Positions 60,809 through 64,000 of a stretch of DNA of 64,000 nt are shown one piece after another. The notes below the pieces were generated by a model. It did not search any database. It saw nothing but the letters and a program-made list of their open reading frames with translations, and was not told where the DNA came from. The number at the start of each line of letters is the position of its first letter. Within the stretch, counting starts at the first letter, position 1. The DNA is from Vitrella brassicaformis CCMP3155 (lineage: Eukaryota > Protista > Chromerida). The DNA is taken from positions 41,913 through 105,912 of the forward strand of contig CDMY01000351.1 in assembly GCA_001179505.1 (NCBI GenBank), read 5' to 3'. The position numbers and the translations under genes are program-made.

Positions 60809-62656
60809 GTGAGTCGAGTTGTGATGGGTACGTATCGGTGCATACGCCCACCACCACACATAGAAGACCGTCGCCGCATGCCCCTTGTCAACGTGGTTCA
60901 ACGCAGTGCTCTGACCCACCTGCACACGCCCGTCAGCCACAAACAGGCACACGTGCCATGGATGTATGGGTGCCTCCGGATGAGCGCGTGTGTGTATTTG
61001 CTTACATCGCCCCATCCGCCGATGGCCCTGCCATTGTACACCACATCGGCCTCGTGCGGCTTGGTGCCCACCATCAGACCTGCACGCAACACCAACACAC
61101 ACACATATATAATAATACCCAACACACGACGCAGTGTGTATGGCTGTCTGTGTGTCAGGGGTGTCCGGACCCTGTTTGGGGACGATCTCTGCCGGCAGTG
61201 TGGTGCAGTCCACTCGCCAGCCGATGTGCACAGATGGGCAGCCGTGCGGGTGCAGCGTCACATTGATCTGTACGTGTGTGGATGCGTGTGGACACACACG
61301 TACACGATATGTATGTATACGAGCGCGCGTGTGTGTGTGTGTGTGTGTGCTGACCGGGAAGACGGCTTGTTGGGCGCAGTTGAGGTACTGTATCTGCAGC
61401 TCGAGGATGTTCCTCCCCTGTGGGTCTACGTGTTTCCTCAGGTACTGCAGACCGTCAGCTGACCACATGCACACACACACGCCAGGACACACACATGCAC
61501 ATGCTCCCTTGATTCCTCTTTGTGTGCAGAAATGGTGTGTGTGTACAATCTCTGAGGGTGAAATGAATCTCCAGGCCGGACGGGGTGCTCACTGCTGGAT
61601 GGTCCAGCTTTCCTGACACACACACACACACACACACAAATGGACGCAACACGCACCGACACACATACCATGTGAGGCTATCTTGAATATCGACATGGGC
61701 GTGGTGTGGGGGTTAATCAGCGGATTCCTGCAACACCACACAGACACGTACACCCGCATCATGATGCCCGGCATCTCATCTCATCGCAACTCATCTCATC
61801 ATCTCATCATCTCATCTCTCCGGGTACCTTTCGTCCATATTGAGAAGTGCCTTCTCTTCCCTGACCACTCCTATGCGCTGTGGTGGGCTGCCCAACGCAC
61901 TGCCGACTGTCGGATGGCCTGACATACACAACACACACGTGCACCCACCAAACAGCATAGAACACACTGTCTGTCGGTGTGTGTGTGTGTGTTACATACC
62001 AGAGATGGCCGCGTTGGTGGGAATGGGTATCCACTCGGGCATCACCACAGAGTTCTGAACCACACTGACCACCGGCACACACACACACACACACACACAC
62101 AGATGGACCGATAAGGTGCACATAGGCACTGCATATGTGAGTGGGCGTGCACGGCTGCATACGTGGCCTTGTCGTGTGTCTTGTCGTTGCTGAGCTGCTC
62201 CACCATCTGCGCCGACTCGGGAGATACATACACCACAGACAGAGCTGCCAAGCCAGGCCATGGACACACGCACCAAGACACACACACACACACACATCAA
62301 CGCCATGATTTTTTATGTCATGGGCGCTTCTCGCGTGTGTGTGCTTACATCTGCAGACTTCATCCATAGATACGGGCCCATCAGACAGACACCGGCAGGG
62401 AAACAGCTGCACACAAACACACGACGCCCAGATGGATGGATGGATGCCGATGGTGCACATGGATCCACTGGATCTCGTACGTGTGCCGCGACAAGAAAGA
62501 GCCACCGGACAGCGCCGCGCTCATACAGCGTCCGTCGTTTCATTCCTCTGATGAATCACACAGTCCATTCATCAACGCATGTGACATTCAGTCTGCATTT
62601 GATGACTATCCGTGTGTGTGTTTCGCTCACCTGGCCACGGCTCGTGTACTTTTCAT
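59247..62656 (-). CDS. Many-exon single-pass membrane protein, Cys-containing lumenal region, C-terminal YGSV
   Basis: ATG at 62656 (MKSTRAVAR|GMKRRTLYERGAVRWLFLVAAH). Phase-consistent exons including LELQIQYLNCAQQ, GLMVGT...ADVVYNG, VELIYNCHGVGWSVVLV...FLVRKHC, a hydrophobic span SIFWTAILVGG/FFVIYMYLLY, and a last exon ...EGLIYGSV-TGA. Confidence 0.6.
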
Positions 62657-63281
62657 GTTCTGCAAGCTTATTAGCTCGCGATCCAACGAGGCAGATCTTC
62701 TCCTACGGCCTTCTTTTTGTCAGAAGTGCAAGTCGGTCCAGGGTTTAGGGTCTAGGGTTCATAGACCGACGATCCACTGATCTGTGAGACAGGACGGCTG
62801 TTGAGTCTTTGTCCGTTCCATGAGACAGGCCATGGCGGACAGGACGTCAGACAGAATGGACTGACGCGTACTACATGTCCTACGTGGACTCTCCACAAAA
62901 TCCACAGACCTTACGTTGCATTGACTTAATCCTTTATCCGAGACTGACCGCCCGGCAGATCCTCTCTTCACCATTCTCCCCGACTCTCTCCCACCTATTC
63001 TTACATCTCGAAAATCCGAGCTGCCTATGTTGTGGGGAATTGAATGGCGTCTCCTGTCCACCCAAAACCTGGCCGATTGGCCTTCTCGTTCTTGCGCTAG
63101 AAGCGATTTTCGACATCGAAGTCGAGCGGATGTATACAGATGTACATACATATGGGAGAAATCCTTCTTTTTTCTCGGTGTGGGCGTCTTTCCTGCCCCC
63201 ATTTACGATGGCATGGCGGTCCATGCATTTACGTGGAAGGCGGCAAAGTGCGCAGCAAATCAGAGGGTAAGAGAGAAAGCA

Positions 63282-64000
63282 ATGGCAAAGCACACCATCC
63301 ATTCACTCGTCCGTGTTTCTGCCTCTCACTCAGGCGCTAAGAGGCAGCAACACGGACGAGCAGAAAGGTCAGTACTGATTGACAGCTCTTTCACTATCAC
63401 TTCTGTCATTCACTGCACACTATCACTTCTGTCATTCACTGCAACTTGATCAGGACCGTCACTCGGAGCGTGCGGTGGACGACCATGACGACGAGTTGTC
63501 TGAAGCAGAGCACACATCGTCGTGTCGGTGCTGTGTTTGGTTCTTATACTGATGATCATTGTCGACGCCGACGTGCCCAACTAGCACGCCCAGCATGATG
63601 ATGATATGGAGGAGGGCGGCGGCCGCCAGCAGGCACGGCGAGGGAGGGGCAGCCTTTCGCCACTGAATGTCAACCCACTGGCTGTTGATGAGGACGAGCC
63701 GCCCATCGAGGAGGAGGAAGCACCCGGCGAGATGGATGAACGGATGAATGAATGACTGAATATGAATGAATAAAAATGAATGATATGTTTACTTCTCCCT
63801 TTCCTTCACTCAGAGGTTGCTCCGCCTGACGCCAACAAGCTGCCCAAGTGTCCTCCAGGCGAGCCGCATCGCACCCGCATCCATCTGACGAGGAGCAGGT
63901 ACCCACAGGCATCTGACGAGGACATACCCATGGAAGCGGCACTTTGCTGCGTGTGTCGATGTCCTTCACTTACTTCAGGCTGCGTGTGATTGTGTCTCGT
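63282..64000 (+). CDS. Probable 5' part of an acidic hypothetical protein, continuing beyond the window
   Basis: Short exons with GT-AG boundaries encoding acidic segments (DDHDDELSEAE, DDDMEEG, VDEDEPPIEEEE, EVAPPDANKLPKCPPGE). Start uncertain. Confidence 0.35.

Larger units (their letters stand above)
1..64000. repeat. Dispersed intronic microsatellites: (GT/AC)n, (GA)n, (GACA)n, (GATG)n
   Basis: Found in most introns (e.g. 28450-28485, 30725-30755, 37514-37541). They generate the spurious HTHT/VCVC ORFs in the track. Confidence 0.95.

Noticed and set aside
1-64000. Numerous short ORFs rich in HTHT, VCVC, RQTD or DGWM
   Set aside because: Translations of intronic microsatellites, or antisense shadows of GC-rich exons.

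Overview
Eukaryotic, intron-rich, GC-rich genomic DNA. Short GT-AG introns are packed with (GT/AC)n, (GACA)n and (GATG)n microsatellites. The style, ApiAP2-type domains, bipartite plastid-targeting leaders and an expanded lineage-specific family suggest a chromerid alveolate such as Vitrella brassicaformis (inference, not a database result). Most short ORFs in the supplied track are antisense or microsatellite artefacts, so genes were rebuilt by splicing by eye and exon boundaries are approximate unless stated. 1-24 kb holds apparently intact conserved genes: an unknown gene, a RUS/RUSF1 homolog, a SAP+GLEBS-like+RVxF protein and CFAP54. 24-59 kb looks like an accessory compartment with many disabled genes. 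These include a tandem PD-(D/E)XK-like nuclease relic, two inverted copies of a lineage-specific family, a GRDP-like+ubiquitin-like gene, a NIPA-like transporter, a pore-less CASTOR/POLLUX-like gene, a membrane-anchored importin-alpha-like ARM gene and an HDAC fragment followed by two AP2 domains. The most striking structure is a ~2.3-kb tandem array (51.8-58.6 kb). Its four exons per unit splice in a closed in-frame loop, so consecutive multi-TM/ankyrin/coiled-coil units would be translated as one concatenated protein, with a hypervariable membrane segment in each unit. Two 300-N gaps are present. No rRNA, tRNA, CRISPR array or intact transposable element was recognised.
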